From Eledone cirrhosa (Eukaryota), in the NCBI GenBank assembly GCA_964016885.1, contig OZ024744.1:41230001-41294000 (forward strand): a stretch of 64,000 nt of DNA, read 5' to 3'. How positions within the stretch are numbered: the first letter of the stretch is position 1; each line of letters opens with the position of its first letter. Below the pieces are notes generated by a model, which worked only from the letters and a program-made list of their open reading frames with translations, was not told the DNA's origin and made no database searches. Of the stretch, positions 1-12,547 are shown one piece after another. Position numbers and translations under genes: made by a program.

Positions 1-294
1 AACGACCGTTCGGAAACGATAAGGATATGGATTCGAAGAATTCTGAGATTCGATAACTCACGAGAAGGTTCATTTTATATTTGCGGAGAGAGAGGGAGAG
101 GGAGTGAGAGAACCTGTGAGTGTATAAACAATATATTAGGGAGACAGAGAAGTGAAGAAGGAAAGAGCTTTCTGAACGAGGTTATTTTTATAATATAATC
201 CTACAAATTCGACCATAATTAAAAGAAAGTATAACAGTAATCAGAGTTTAAATACGAGAAGATTCTCGAATAAAAAAAAAATAAAAAAAAAATA

Positions 295-500
295 TTGAGT
301 ATATGTTGGTTGTTTACCGACACCTGAGTATGCAGATTGGAGCACTCGACGAAGTACGCAGGCTGGTTTGTTTACTCCGGAGTAATGTAAAATAATTAAG
401 TCAAATATGTAATGTTTGGCATCGTTTATATTAAATTATAGATATACTGCTATATATATATCGGTGACAGCCATCATTGGCTGTGACCTCTTCAGGCAGT
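295..500 (-). mobile_element. Penelope-type pseudo-LTR fragment ending in a hammerhead motif
   Basis: Contains the hammerhead-like motif at 446-500. A diverged copy of the same sequence (ttgagtat.tgttggtt...tttactccgg.gtaat) lies at ~24853-25035. Confidence 0.55.
446..500 (-). ncRNA. Type I hammerhead ribozyme motif (GAAA mutated to GAUA)
   Basis: Minus strand reads ACTGC-CTGAAGA-GGTCACAGCCA-atga-TGGCTGTCACC-GATA-TATATA-TA-GCAGT: 5-bp stem I, core, ~11-bp stem II, palindromic stem III. Confidence 0.65.
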
Positions 501-703
501 CCGAATTGGTGTGGGAAAGACAGGTACACATGTTGTTGAAGTGTGTTTTACTCCGTCAATACACCGATATGTCCAGCTCCTGGTTGTATTGTTATTCCTC
601 TCAGGAACTGGAATTATATAGATTAGAACAAACGAATTTCGGCGTCATAGAACACGTTCGCATCCCATTGGTCAGTTGTGAGAACATTCCTCAGTCAAAA
701 GTC

Positions 704-2740
704 TATAACAATTAAATGTATAGGAAATTGTCAAATGGATTAACACGGTTATTAGATGAAACAATAATAACAATAAATGCTTTGGTTATACCTGGAATGT
801 TTAATGTTCCGAAGAAAGGACTGCAGTGATTAACACGTGAAGGTCCCATGGTGGGGATCCCATCACGTGGTTAATCGCCAGAGCGAAGCTATTGACGTCT
901 GCTTTCTTCGGACGATGCAGTCAGACTTCCCCATTTGTACCAGCTGCTGATGTGATTGTCATACAAAGGGAGGCAACTCTTGCTACATTATCTCCCGCCA
1001 GATTTTTAAAACATAAAAATCGAATCAACCATGTATGAAGTAAGATAGCGAGCATGTCACACCAAAGTCCAGGCATGAAAATTACAAAAAAATAATGTTT
1101 GCAATAAAAGCAGAACAGCAAAATATAAGCATGCAAAAATTAATGATAGATATCAAGATAGCCAACCGCTCTTGATCAGAGAACAACTGGACATCTATCT
1201 ATCCATCACACAACGATACAATGTAATCAACTTAAAAGAAGAGGTCAAAGGAGCAAAGAAACGTGCTCGAATATAATTATAAACAAAGTTCAAATGTTCA
1301 AAATACAGTTCACAGGTATGTAAGCACATGACAGCAGGAAAGGGAGTGTGTCCTCACGAGAATGTATGCAGGTGGTTTCTGGACTGTGGTACAACGTGAA
1401 ATTCCCAACCTCCGGAAGCGGTGGGATTTTCTCACAGAAGAGTGCTGCAAAAATAAATTCTCTGTGTTTTGTTCTGCTGGTTTTGGTTGTTGATAAATCA
1501 AAGATGAAGCTGTGTTGTTGTTGTTGATGTTACTGATGTCTCACGGAGAAAAACAAATATCTCAAAAGTTGCCGCAAGCAAAAGAAATTCAGTCACAGTA
1601 CAAGAAATAGCAGCGAGAGTCCGAAGGGTGGATCTGTGATAGCCATTATGAAACAAGATGGCGTCGCATTTCTTTTCCAAAACAAGGATATGGTCGCGTG
1701 ACGAGGCTAAGCCAATCAGATGGCTGTATTTGAAGAAGAAGCAAAGATGGCGGTGCCGATAATGAAATCAAAAAGTCCAAAAGCGGGAAAAAGGCGGCCA
1801 TCTTGAATTTTTTGCGTTTAGACTGTGAAAACCTTTTTTGCAATGAACGTGTGAAGGTTTAAAATCAGCAAATACAATGTGCATTTCGAAAAACCAATGC
1901 CAAATATCCGATTTTGTTCGTTAAAAGTCGTAACGATACATAATCAGTGAAAAGCAACAAATTAATCTTCGAAGCACGTGCGAAAGAAATTTTCATGTGA
2001 TCGCAGGATTGTAATTCCACGCCAGACGAAAACAAAGAACGAGCTGTAGTAATCTTCGAAAAGTTAGCTGATACATCTCAACGAAAATGACGTACTCATT
2101 TTATCAACTAATTGAAATATACCAAACCAGCTCAACCGGATAGAAGACATCGCACAATTTTCAATCCAAAAGAGAAATGTTTTGTTAGTCGTCGAAAAAA
2201 CGCTTTCTTTTGTGTTGTTTTTTTTGTTCGTCTGTATGTGTGAGTCAATAGTGTTACCATGAAAGCTATGACAGAAATATTGTGCAGGCCGCGTACTTCA
2301 ACAAATGGAACATTATGAATTTTATGGACTTCCGTTAAGTGAGTCTAGCTACCCGATTCGAATATTCCAAATGTTAAGCCACTCCACATTGCCATTAAAA
2401 CGAATGGCGAACTCAAGTAGGCTGCGTCCTCATACTTAATCGTCGAAGGTCACCAATTATAACAATTAAATGTTATAGGAAATTGTCAAATGGATTAACA
2501 CGGTTATTAGATGAAACAACAATAACAATAAGAATACATGCTTAATGTTTAATGTTCCGAAGAAAGGACTGCAATGATTAACACGTGAAGGTCCCATGGT
2601 GGGGATCCCATCACGTGGTTAATCGCCAGAGCGAAGCTATTGACGTCTGCTTTCTTCGGACGATGCAGTCAAGCTTCCCTATTTGTACCAGCGCTGCTGC
2701 TGATGTGATCGTCAAAACACGGGAGGCAACTCTTGCTACA
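704..2740 (-). mobile_element. Non-autonomous LTR retroelement (~2.0 kb, no coding capacity)
   Basis: Direct repeats of ~284 bp at 704-987 and 2458-2740, reading TGTAGCA...TGTTATA on the minus strand. PBS-like TGGTGACCTTCGACG follows the 5' LTR (~2440-2454) and purine tract GGCGGGAGA precedes the 3' LTR (~991-999). Flanks AGTC/AGAC may be a 4-bp TSD with one mismatch. Confidence 0.8.
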
Positions 2741-2917
2741 AGACATTTTTCTGAGCCAAGACTCTTTGTTTTTGTTTAAGTACAGCTGACCTCCTCCCTT
2801 GTGTTGGTAGTGGTAGTGGTGTTAATAAAGGCTCATCCTTTCATAATACAGATACACTTTCAAGTTACTATATATGAGCAACTGAGCAGTCCACATACAT
2901 GTGTATCCCTAACTTAA

Positions 2918-3127
2918 CCCTTTAACATTTAAACAAGCCGTATCTGGCCAGAATTCTCTCACCTCTTTCTGTTCAAACTGGCTGTAACTGGCTACTCTGG
3001 TGTTAAGGTTCTTCTCAACATAAATAATATCAAAATCTCATAGCTTTGATATTATGTGAAATAATTATGTGAGATAAAGTCTTTACTGTGAAAATAGTAA
3101 ATATAGAATAATGTAAATGCTAAAGGG
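2918..3127. mobile_element. piggyBac-type MITE
   Basis: TTAA-CCCTTTAACATTTA ... TAAATGCTAAAGGG-TTAA: 14-bp TIRs (one mismatch) starting CCC, with TTAA duplicated at 2914-2917 and 3128-3131. Confidence 0.75.
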
Positions 3128-3386
3128 TTAATTCAGTGTGTGTGACAAGGCTGGCTCTTTGAATTACTTGCACAATTCATTTAACAGACTATCAACTCAT
3201 GTTCATCTACCCAATTTCACTGACAAGACTATAATAATAGACATTTGTCGAGCCAATGCTATAATAAAAGACATTTGCCCAAGATGTTATGTAATAGGAT
3301 TCAACCTTGGACTTAATGATTGTGAAGTGAACATATTAACCATTCAGCTTTGCTGTGTCTCCTATCTAAACCTAACTGCAATTATA

Positions 3387-3595
3387 TAAAGAAGAGTTGG
3401 CTGAAAATGTCATAGGCTAACCAAGATATTCTCATGGAATGACCAAATAAGGTTTATATTTATTTTTCAACATAGTCCATGGAAAGAAACAATGTCATTA
3501 TTAAGAAGAGTTGAAATTATTGCATGCAAAATTTCACAGCTCTAACATTGCTCCTTTATAGTCAACGTATGAGCTTTTCCGATGACCCTTGAATA
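3387..3595. mobile_element. Degenerate Tc1/mariner-type MITE remnant
   Basis: Degenerate inverted termini (gctgaaaatgtcataggctaac / gtcaacgtatgagcttttccg) with TA flanks. Confidence 0.4.
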
Positions 3596-3649
3596 TATAT
3601 AGTTAGATATACAGCTATTTCTGTAAAACTGTGTATTTTTCCTTGCATA

Positions 3650-4097
3650 TGTAGCGCTCTCTAGACAAAGAGAAGTAGCTACAGTTACTTCCCGTAGAAT
3701 TTCTAGAATATTCCTTGAACTTCCGTTCCAGGTATTATAAAAGAAAGAGAAAAAAGGGCAATCTCTCTTTTGGCAGCAGGCTCTCGAACTGACCACACCA
3801 AGCACAGATATGTTAAGTTTTTCTAAGCTTATCTTGTATTTCAGGATTACACCACATCATGTCACGAGGTACGTCTGTTACCAAATTGTAATGCACGCAC
3901 TACAATAAATACCAATTGTTATTGATACTCGTTTTGAGATATTCGTCATGCTTCAATTATTACTTCGAATGTAGAGAGATAATTCTAACCAAGAAAAATT
4001 ACATAAAAGTTCTTCTATATCTTCTTTCAAATTAAATTAGTGGTTGGCATGCAGTGGTATTTACTGGCGTAAATAACCCTATGACCAACTCACTAAA
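3650..4097 (+). repeat. 5' LTR
   Basis: ~448-bp direct repeat of 8161-8609, TGTAG...CTAAA; roughly 15-20 differences between the LTRs by eye. Confidence 0.95.
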
Positions 4098-4216
4098 GTG
4101 ATGACTCGACGTTTGAAGATAAGATTTCTCCTGAAAATCATCTCTCTCGTTTTCTGTTTATCCGACCAAGTTTTGTCTATGAGCATTCCTCGCTCAGCAT
4201 CCACCGTGTCACAATT

Positions 4217-4961
4217 GTGAGCAACACATCGTTACTGGCGTATTCTGGCGATGCTAAATTGTGGTTTACCCAGCTAGATGCGTATTTTGCGGCCAACGGA
4301 GTACAGGCAGCACAGCAAAAACTACACGTGCTAATCAGTGGAATTCCCGCTTCGCTAGCAACTACAGTAAAGGACATCATCACGGATCCTCCACAAGGCG
4401 TTTCTTACGAGTCTCTGAAAACAGAGGTACTGCGTAGGAACTGTAGGTCGTCTGAGAGTAGATTTAGTTTCTTATTAGAGGATGAAAATCTGGGGGACAG
4501 AACTCCTTAAGAATTTTTACGGCGTATCCGAGATCTCAGTGATGCTGCGCTCGAAGACAGTTCCTTCGTAAAAAAAGTTATTCTTCTCCCGTTTGCCAAC
4601 TAATGTTCAAACCATATAGGCGAATATGGTTTACACCAGTTCGATAGAATAAATTGCTGCCTCTGCAGACAGAATTATGGAATTTTCTAGGGGACCTACC
4701 TCGGCTGATTCGATCATTGATTCTTCTATTCTTAAGAAACAGCCTGCCTCACCTAGTGAGGAAACCATGTTGAGAGCTATTGACGGTTTAACACGTCAAG
4801 TAGCTAAACTGTGTCGTGATCGAGCGCCACCTAGGTGGCGTTCACGAAGTCGGTCTTTTTTTTCTCACCGACGTACCAACTCCCCAGCCTACAGTTCTTC
4901 TTTGTGTTGGTACCATGCGCATTTCAGTGATAAAGCTCTTTTGAGGCCATCGGAAAACTAA
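4217..4961 (+). pseudogene. gag: gag remnant
   Basis: LWFTQLDAYF...YESLKTEVL...LGDRTP motifs and a CWYH zinc-knuckle remnant typical of small-gag Gypsy elements; stops and frameshifts. Confidence 0.8.
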
Positions 4962-4963
4962 GT

Positions 4964-7767
4964 TTGGAGAGTCTGGGCACCGCAGACCTCTCCCTTAACA
5001 TTTCACCTTATCGTGCTTTTTTCATCAGAGACCGAGTCTCAAACAAATCATTCATGGTCGACACAGGATATAGTTGCAGTATTTGGCCCTTACGGTTCAG
5101 CTCTACGAAGCCAACTTTTTCCGGCATTTCTTTGTATACAGTAAACCAGTCTCCTATAAAAGCTTATGGACAAATATCTTTATCATTGGACCTAGCTTTG
5201 CGTCGAGATTTTAAATAGATTTTCGTCATTGCCGACCTACCTCATCTTATTCTCGGTGCGGATTTCTTACACCACTATTCACTTTTGGTAGATGTCAGGA
5301 ACCAGAAGCTTGTGGATAATACCGCATCCTTATCTATGCCTACTCGTAAATCTACTGCTCTGCTGTCAGTCCGTCGTTTTTTGTGGTTGCCGCTGGAAAC
5401 CAGTTTCATGCATTCCTTCTCCTTACTTCGGTAGGAGATTACCGAAGACTTAATGCTATCACCACACATGATCGTTATCCTTTACCCACTCTACAGGATT
5501 TTTCATCCGTTCTGCATGGATGCAAAATATTTTCCAAAATAGATCTAATGCGTGCATACCACCAGATACCCATGAATCCAGAGGATATAACAAAGACAGC
5601 CGTGACCACCCCCCTTGGTTCATTTGAATTCCTGCCTATGCCTTTTGGATTGCGGAATGCCTCTAGTACGTTTCAACGTTTTATCGATGAAGTCATGCGT
5701 GGATTGGATTTCGTGTTTGCTTACGTGGATGACCTCCTGATAGCCAGTGACACAGCTGAACACCATCATCATCTATCCCAGTTATTTCAACGTCTTCAAT
5801 CGTACCAGGTCAGAATCAACCCAGCTAAATGTGTGTTTGGTACAGATTCACTGGAATTCCTTGGACATCTGATAGATTCAGAAGGCATTCGATTTCTGTT
5901 ATCTAAGGTGGAAGCGATTCAGCGAATCGCACCCCCCACCTCATTAAGACAGTTACATCATTTCTTGAGATTAATCAACTTTTATCGTCGTTTCATTCCT
6001 AACTGTGCGGACCAATTGTTCCTCTTGACATAGTTTTTAAAGGCTACGAAAAAGAAAGATGCTCCCATTTCACTTTCTGCCGATGTTTTGCAATCTTTTG
6101 AATCCGTCAAGTCCTAAATAGCTAAAGTTTCCTTTCTGGCTCATCCTTTTGCGAACACGAGGCTATCCGTCCATGCTGTTGGAGCAGTCTTGCAGCATAC
6201 AATCAACCACCAGTTTCCACCACTGACGTTTTTCTCACGCCAACTAAAACCAGCAGAGCAACGTTACAGTACTTTTGACAGAGAGCTTTTAGCAGTTTAT
6301 CTTGCTGTGAGACACTTCCACCATCTTCTTGAAGGTCGGGAGTTCACGGTATTCACAGACCATAAACCACTCACATTCGCTCTTCAATTCAAGTCCGACA
6401 GTTACTCTCCGAGGGCATACAGGCATTTGGATTTCATCTCCCAGTAGACCAGTGACATTCGTCATATAGCTGCCAACGTACCCGCGTCTCTTGCACATAT
6501 TGATTTGGTTGCCATTGCGACTGACCAACCTTTTTGGGATTCTCTGGATACTTCTTCTACCCAGTTTTCCTGCTGTAAATTTGAATATTTACCTCTTCCG
6601 TCTGCTGAAGAGAAAATTCTTTGCGACATTTCTACCGGCTCATCCAGACCACTTGTTCCAGATTGTCATCAGTATACCATTTTTGATGCACTTCATTCCT
6701 TGTCGCATCCCGGCACAGCTGCCACGGTGAAGCTCATCGCGGCCCGATTTTTCTGGCCTAACATGCGTCGTTTAATCACCGGTTGAGCACGTTCTTGTTT
6801 GCAGTGTCACCGCTCTAAGGTTCATCGGCATGTTCGCGCTCCTCTTGGTAAATTCAGCCCGCCGGACGCCCATTTCCGTCACATTCACATGGATATTGTT
6901 GGTCCTTGGCCCGTTAGTCGTGGGTTCACATATATATTGACCTGTATCGATCGTCTCTCTCGGTGGCCTGAAGCCATACCTCTAGTGGACATAACAGCCG
7001 AGTCCGTTGCCCGAGCTTTCATTTCCAATTGGGTTGCTCGCTTTGGCGTTCCTTCTAAAATACCCACGGATCGGGGACGCCAGTTCGAGGCTTCTTTATT
7101 TCGTGAAATATCACGACGTTTGGGTGCTCATCATATTCATACGACCAGCTATCACCCAGCCTCCAATGGAATGGTGGAGAAGTTTCATAGACAGTTGAAA
7201 GCTGTACTTCGCGCTACTCCTGATCCGCAACGTTGGACCGAATTTTTGCCAATCGTGCTTCTTGGTTGTCGTTTTGCCGTTAAGACAGATTTGGGTTTCT
7301 CCTCAGCTGAACCTCTTTACGGTACCACCTTGACTCTTCCCGGTCAAATGCTAGTACCGGTTGATTCATCGCATCTTGATTCAACATCATATGTCACCAG
7401 GATTCGTTCTTACTTCTCGGATCTTCCACCATTGAACCCTCGTGACCAGTCTATTTCTTCTGCTGTTCCATCGGACATCTCTACGTGGACACACATTTTT
7501 ATACGGAAGGATTCCGTCAAGGGACCGCTTACCTTACCCTATAATGGATCTTTTCGTGTGCTTTCCCACACACCAAAACATTTCAGAGTGGCTGTCAATG
7601 GTCGAAAAGAGACAATATCCATTGACAGAGCAAAGAGGGCTTTCTCTGAAAGTTTCATTACTGATACACCTCGTACATTCACCCCCACACCAATACCTTC
7701 ACCTCCACTGCAAACACCACACCACATACCACACAACCTTATGTCACACGAAGTGGCAGGACAGTAA
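4964..7767 (+). pseudogene. pol: pol remnant (protease, RT, RNase H, integrase)
   Basis: FMVDTG (PR); DYRRLN, KIDL, PFGLRNA, YVDD (RT); YSTFDRELLA, TDHKPL (RH); H-x4-H..C-x2-C, HMDIVGP, TDRGRQF, SNGMVEKFH (IN). Multiple stops; the RT N-terminus appears deleted near 5430. Confidence 0.93.
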
Positions 7768-8160
7768 AATGGCCACGTAAATTGTCAAAAACTATATACA
7801 TTTAACCGCTGGTGGCATTAACAAACTCTTTTCAGTTTCAGATAGAATTAGTATCAGAAAAGTCTGTACACTAGTGATGTATGAAATATTTTATTCTGAA
7901 AAAAACTTTGAACTTACCATTGAGCATTAATTTTTCTCTGCTCCTTTATGTTAACTTTGAATTATCAGTTTTGTAACATTTACATTTTTTCTTTGTAAAA
8001 TGCATTTACTTGTTTGTGATTTTTTGTTATTTGCTTCAGTTGCGAGCTCATGTTATTCATGCAATTTCTTGTACCTTTGTATTTTCTCCTCATTTCTTAC
8101 GGGTTCTCGCTACAATGATCTTCGATTGGTTATACGACTTCTCGTCTGAGAGGAGAGTCT

Positions 8161-8609
8161 TGTAGCACTCTCTAGACAAAGAGAAGTAGCTACAGTTACT
8201 TCCCGTAGAATTTCTAGAACATTCCTTGAATTTCCGTTCCAGGTATTATAAAAGAAAGAGAAAAAAGGGCAATCTCTCTTTTGGCAGCAGGCTCTCGAAC
8301 TGACCACACTAAGCACAGATATGTTAAGTTTTTCTAATCTTACCTTGTATTTCAGGATTACACCATATCATGTCACGAGGTACGTTATGTTACAAAGTTG
8401 TAATACACGCACTACAATAAATACCAATTGTTATTGATACTCGTTTTGAGATATTCGTCATGCTTCAATTATTACTTCGAACGTAGAGAGATAATTCTAA
8501 CCAAGAAAAATTATATAAAAGTTCTTCTATATCTTCTTTCAAATTAAATTAGTGGTTGGCATGCAGTGGTATTTACTGGAGTAAATAACCCTACGACCAA
8601 CTCACTAAA
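8161..8609 (+). repeat. 3' LTR
   Basis: Direct repeat of 3650-4097, followed by the CATA TSD. Confidence 0.95.
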
Positions 8610-8886
8610 CATACATAAACTGATTAAAAACATATTGTTAAAATTTACATACGTACATACATTTATAAATACCTACATGTGGTAACATGTAGTTCATTCA
8701 ATCGAGATACAAAGGCACATTGAAAATGTTGCATAAAACGTGCTTTTCTTCTAACATCATTGCATATGCATAACTGGAAATATTAATACTCTTCATATGA
8801 ACAGTATTCATATTATCTATCTATCTAACTATCTCTCTCTCTTTTTCTTCCTCAATCCCTTCCGCACCTCTCTCTCTCTCACTCAC

Positions 8887-8929
<43 letters not shown>

Positions 8930-9062
8930 CTCTTTCTCTCTCCCACTCTCCATCTCTCTCTCTTCCTCTGTATGTGTGTGTGTTTATATATCTATTCGAT
9001 ATATGTTTGATACACATTTACATGCATGATATGTACATAGCCATATAAATGTTAGTGTGTGT

Positions 9063-9138
<76 letters not shown>

Positions 9139-9139
9139 G

Positions 9140-11776
9140 TATATATGCACAAGAATGGGCCCGAACTATGCCAACCTTTTTGTTGGCCATGTTGAGGCCC
9201 AAATCTTTGCCCAGTACACCGGCCTCACGCCCGAACTGTACGGTCGTTACATTGACGACTGTATCGGAGCCACGACCCTCACCCGAGAACAGCTCGACTC
9301 CTTTCTCTCCTTCTTCTGCTCCTTCCACCCCTCTCTCCACTTCAACACCTCTATCTCCACCACCCACGTCCACTTCTTAGACATCTCCGTCGCCTTCGAC
9401 CCCTCCCACCACTCCCTCGTCACCTCCGCCTTCTTCAAACCCACCGACTCCCACTCTTACCTCGACTTCACCTCTTCCCACCCCACCCACACTAAACACT
9501 CCATTCCCTACTCCCAACTTCTCAGGATCCGCCGCCTCTGTAGCCGTGATGCTGACTTCGAGTCCCAGGCCCTTTCCCTAGTCATCCATTTCATCCGCAG
9601 AGGCTACCCCCCCCCCCTCTCTCGTCTACACCGCTCTCACCCGCGCCCGTACTATCCCCCGCTCCACCACCCTCACCCCACGCCACCGCACACCCACCCA
9701 CCGTCTCCCCTTCCCCATCACCTACCACCCCTCCACCTTACGCCTCCACCGCACCATCCGCCGCCTCTTCCGACGCCTCCAGTCCGACCCCTCCACCTCC
9801 CACATCTTCCCAACCCCACCACTCCCCTCCTTCAAACGCGCACGCAATCTCCGCACTCTCCTCGTCCACAGCTCCCTACCCCCCAACCCACGCTCTGTCC
9901 CTCCCCCCCGGTTCCTTTCCCTGTTCTAGGCCCCACTGCAACACCTGTACCCACATCACCAATACCACCACCTTCCAGGGTCCCAACGGCCACTCTCTCT
10001 CGGTCCGGCATGCTTTCCGCTGCACCTCCTCCAACCTAGTCTACGGACTATGTCGGACAGACGGGACGTCGCCTGGTGGACCGAGTCACGGAGCACCTCC
10101 GGGATATTCGTCTCGGGGGCAGTTTCCCCATCGCCCGCCACTTTGGTGGCCCTGGACACTCCGCACGCCATCTCACAGTCGGTGGCCTACTCCAGTGCCA
10201 CGGAACACCCGTCCATCGCCTTACGGTCGAACAACGAACTATCTTCATCTTACAGACCCACACTCCCCCCGGCCTGAACTCCCCACCCTTATTCTTTTAG
10301 CGTTCGACCGCCCCCCCTCCCCCCACACTTATCCCCCACTAACACCACTAACACACCCCTCCTTTTCACCGCCCACCCCACACTAACAATACTAACACCT
10401 CCACTCCACCCCTCATCTGACCACCCTTCCCCAACTAACATACTAACATCCCTTCCCTCCCCTCTTCTCCTCCTCCCCCTCCTTATCACACGCACACACG
10501 CACCCACTTACACCACCCACCCCACACGCAACTAACATCACTAACACCCCCAACCCCACGCACACGTACCCACACACCCTCGTACACCACCAACTCTACA
10601 CACCCTACCACGACTAACCCCCACTCACACCTGCATTCAACCCCTCCCACCTCCCGTATACTAACACCCACTAACACCTCTTCACCAAACTACACACACA
10701 CCAGTACACCACACTCCCTCCATAGAACCACACACACCCTTCTCTCCCCGCTCCCCCCCCGCTCCACACTCACTCATCCCACTAACACCCTTACTAATAC
10801 ACACACACACCCTCCTCACTCCAACTTTCACACCTACCCATCCTTACCCCCTTACCATTCCACCGACTGCTGCTATGCCCTTCTGACCACCTCCCAGCAC
10901 CAACAGACCACAGCACTCCCACTGCTGACCACTTCCTGTTGCGCGCGCACCCCACATCTCTCCTCTTCCGACCACCGCTTCATGTATTACCCACACGCAG
11001 AAATTGACTTATAACCAATCCTCCAAACATCCTCGGAACTTACCAACTTTTCAACCATCCTCTTACGTCATCACCTATATAACTCACCCACACACACACA
11101 CCCCAAACAAATTTTTTTGTCCACACGCCACCCACACCCACAACACGCTTAAACCCCACACACACGTGCTTCCCACCACATATTTACACCCTCAGCCTCC
11201 TGATTCCTCTCTCCCCACCCCCTATCCACACACGCACAGACACTCCGACCCACAGAAACACCCCCCCCACACACACCTCTTCCTGAACATGCAACCCCGT
11301 TCTTCCCCCAACCCTTACTTTCACATACACACACACACACACACACACGCACACCTACACACACACACCGCCCTCAGCCCTCCCCGCTCGAACACCCCGT
11401 CTCCCTCTCCCCACTCCACCCGCCACCACCCCTACTCACCCACACCCTTCCACCACCTGTTTACCCCCCTTTTAATTTCAGTTTATTTTGATCATGCCTT
11501 TATTTTTAAATTTTCTCATTCCTTGTATTTTGATCATGCTTTATTATTATTTTTTATCTTTATTTGTTAATTTTTCATTCGCACCGTTTCCTTTCGCTAT
11601 ATGTCTCTCCACCACTCACCTACACACCTTTTGAACTCTGTTCCCACACACTTCTCACCTGAGGAAGGGCTTATGCCCGAAACGTCGTCCCCCACCTACC
11701 CCCCACTCTCCTGAGCGTGAAATTAATAAACATTTATTGTACTGCCTCTCTGTTTTGTCCCTGTTCAAATGTTTCC

Positions 11777-11778
<2 letters not shown>
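9140..11778 (+). mobile_element. 5'-truncated Penelope-like element (Neptune-type), RT C-terminus + GIY-YIG remnant + long C/A-rich 3' region
   Basis: TRMGPNYANLF, YGRYIDD, FLDI, KPTDSHSYL..SSHP..K.SIPYSQ.LR motifs; Cys-rich linker; CTSSNLVY...YVGQTGRRL in shifted frames. Starts next to (CT)n and ends at (TA)n. Confidence 0.88.
11655..11690 (+). ncRNA. Minimal PLE-type hammerhead ribozyme
   Basis: CTGAGGA-A-GGGC-ttat-GCCC-GAAA-CG-TC; stem I reduced to ~2 bp. Confidence 0.8.
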
Positions 11779-11841
<63 letters not shown>

Positions 11842-11862
11842 GTATATATGTATATATATATG

Positions 11863-11897
<35 letters not shown>

Positions 11898-11924
11898 ATA
11901 TATATGTATATATATATATGTATG

Positions 11925-12004
<80 letters not shown>
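11779..12004. repeat. (TA)n/(TATG)n microsatellite, representative of many such tracts (e.g. 17798-18035, 46200-46530, 58487-58830, 61045-61950, 63933-64000)
   Basis: Seen directly in the sequence. Confidence 0.99.
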
Positions 12005-12007
<3 letters not shown>

Positions 12008-12499
12008 TATTAAAAAAATAATGAATAAACAAAGAAGCAGTTCCTTATATTAAAAAAAAATCATTATTTTACGATCGTTTCTAGGATATATATGTGTTAG
12101 AGTTGGTATGCATATTCTATAGATCTATGTACAATATTTATACAAACTATCAGAGGGAATATACATACCTTCACATATATATGCTGTCTTTTTTTTAATA
12201 TAAGGAACTGTTTCTTTGTTTATTCATTATTTTTTTTATAATTTATCTTGACTCTGTTTTGCGTTTATTTTTCACCGAAAGTAGTTTTTGAATGCATCTT
12301 CTCTTTTCATGATATCCGGATTACATTGAGTTCTTCATACGGATTGGACACTACCGTAAACTTTTGGTAGATTTATCTATATATATATAGAGAGAAAGAA
12401 AATTGAGTTTGGTAATGGCACATGGAATATATAAGAGACAGAATACTTTTTTGTGAAAAAACATAATTTTATAAGGTAAGGAAATAATAAAGGGTATAA

Positions 12500-12547
12500 A
12501 AAATGACCGGTTTCGATGGGTCTGCAAAAGCCATCTTTTCAAATGTT
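12500..12547 (-). ncRNA. Hammerhead variant (UUGAAAA core) in pLTR; further copies at 13151-13198(-), 16787-16834(+), 17611-17658(+)
   Basis: TTGAAAA-GATGG-cttttgcagac-CCATC-GAAA-CCGG-TC; weak stem I. Confidence 0.6.

Larger units (their letters stand above)
3650..8609 (+). mobile_element. Gypsy/Ty3 LTR retrotransposon, full span, decayed
   Basis: LTRs at 3650-4097 and 8161-8609, CATA TSD (3646-3649, 8610-8613), degenerate tRNA-Trp-type PBS GTGATGACTCGACG (4098-4111), PPT GAGAGGAGAG before the 3' LTR, domain order gag-PR-RT-RH-IN. Confidence 0.95.

Noticed and set aside
10300-11470. Extreme C/A strand skew with His/Pro/Thr-rich ORFs
   Set aside because: Low-complexity 3' region of the PLE that continues the C-rich bias of its coding part; no evidence for a separate gene.
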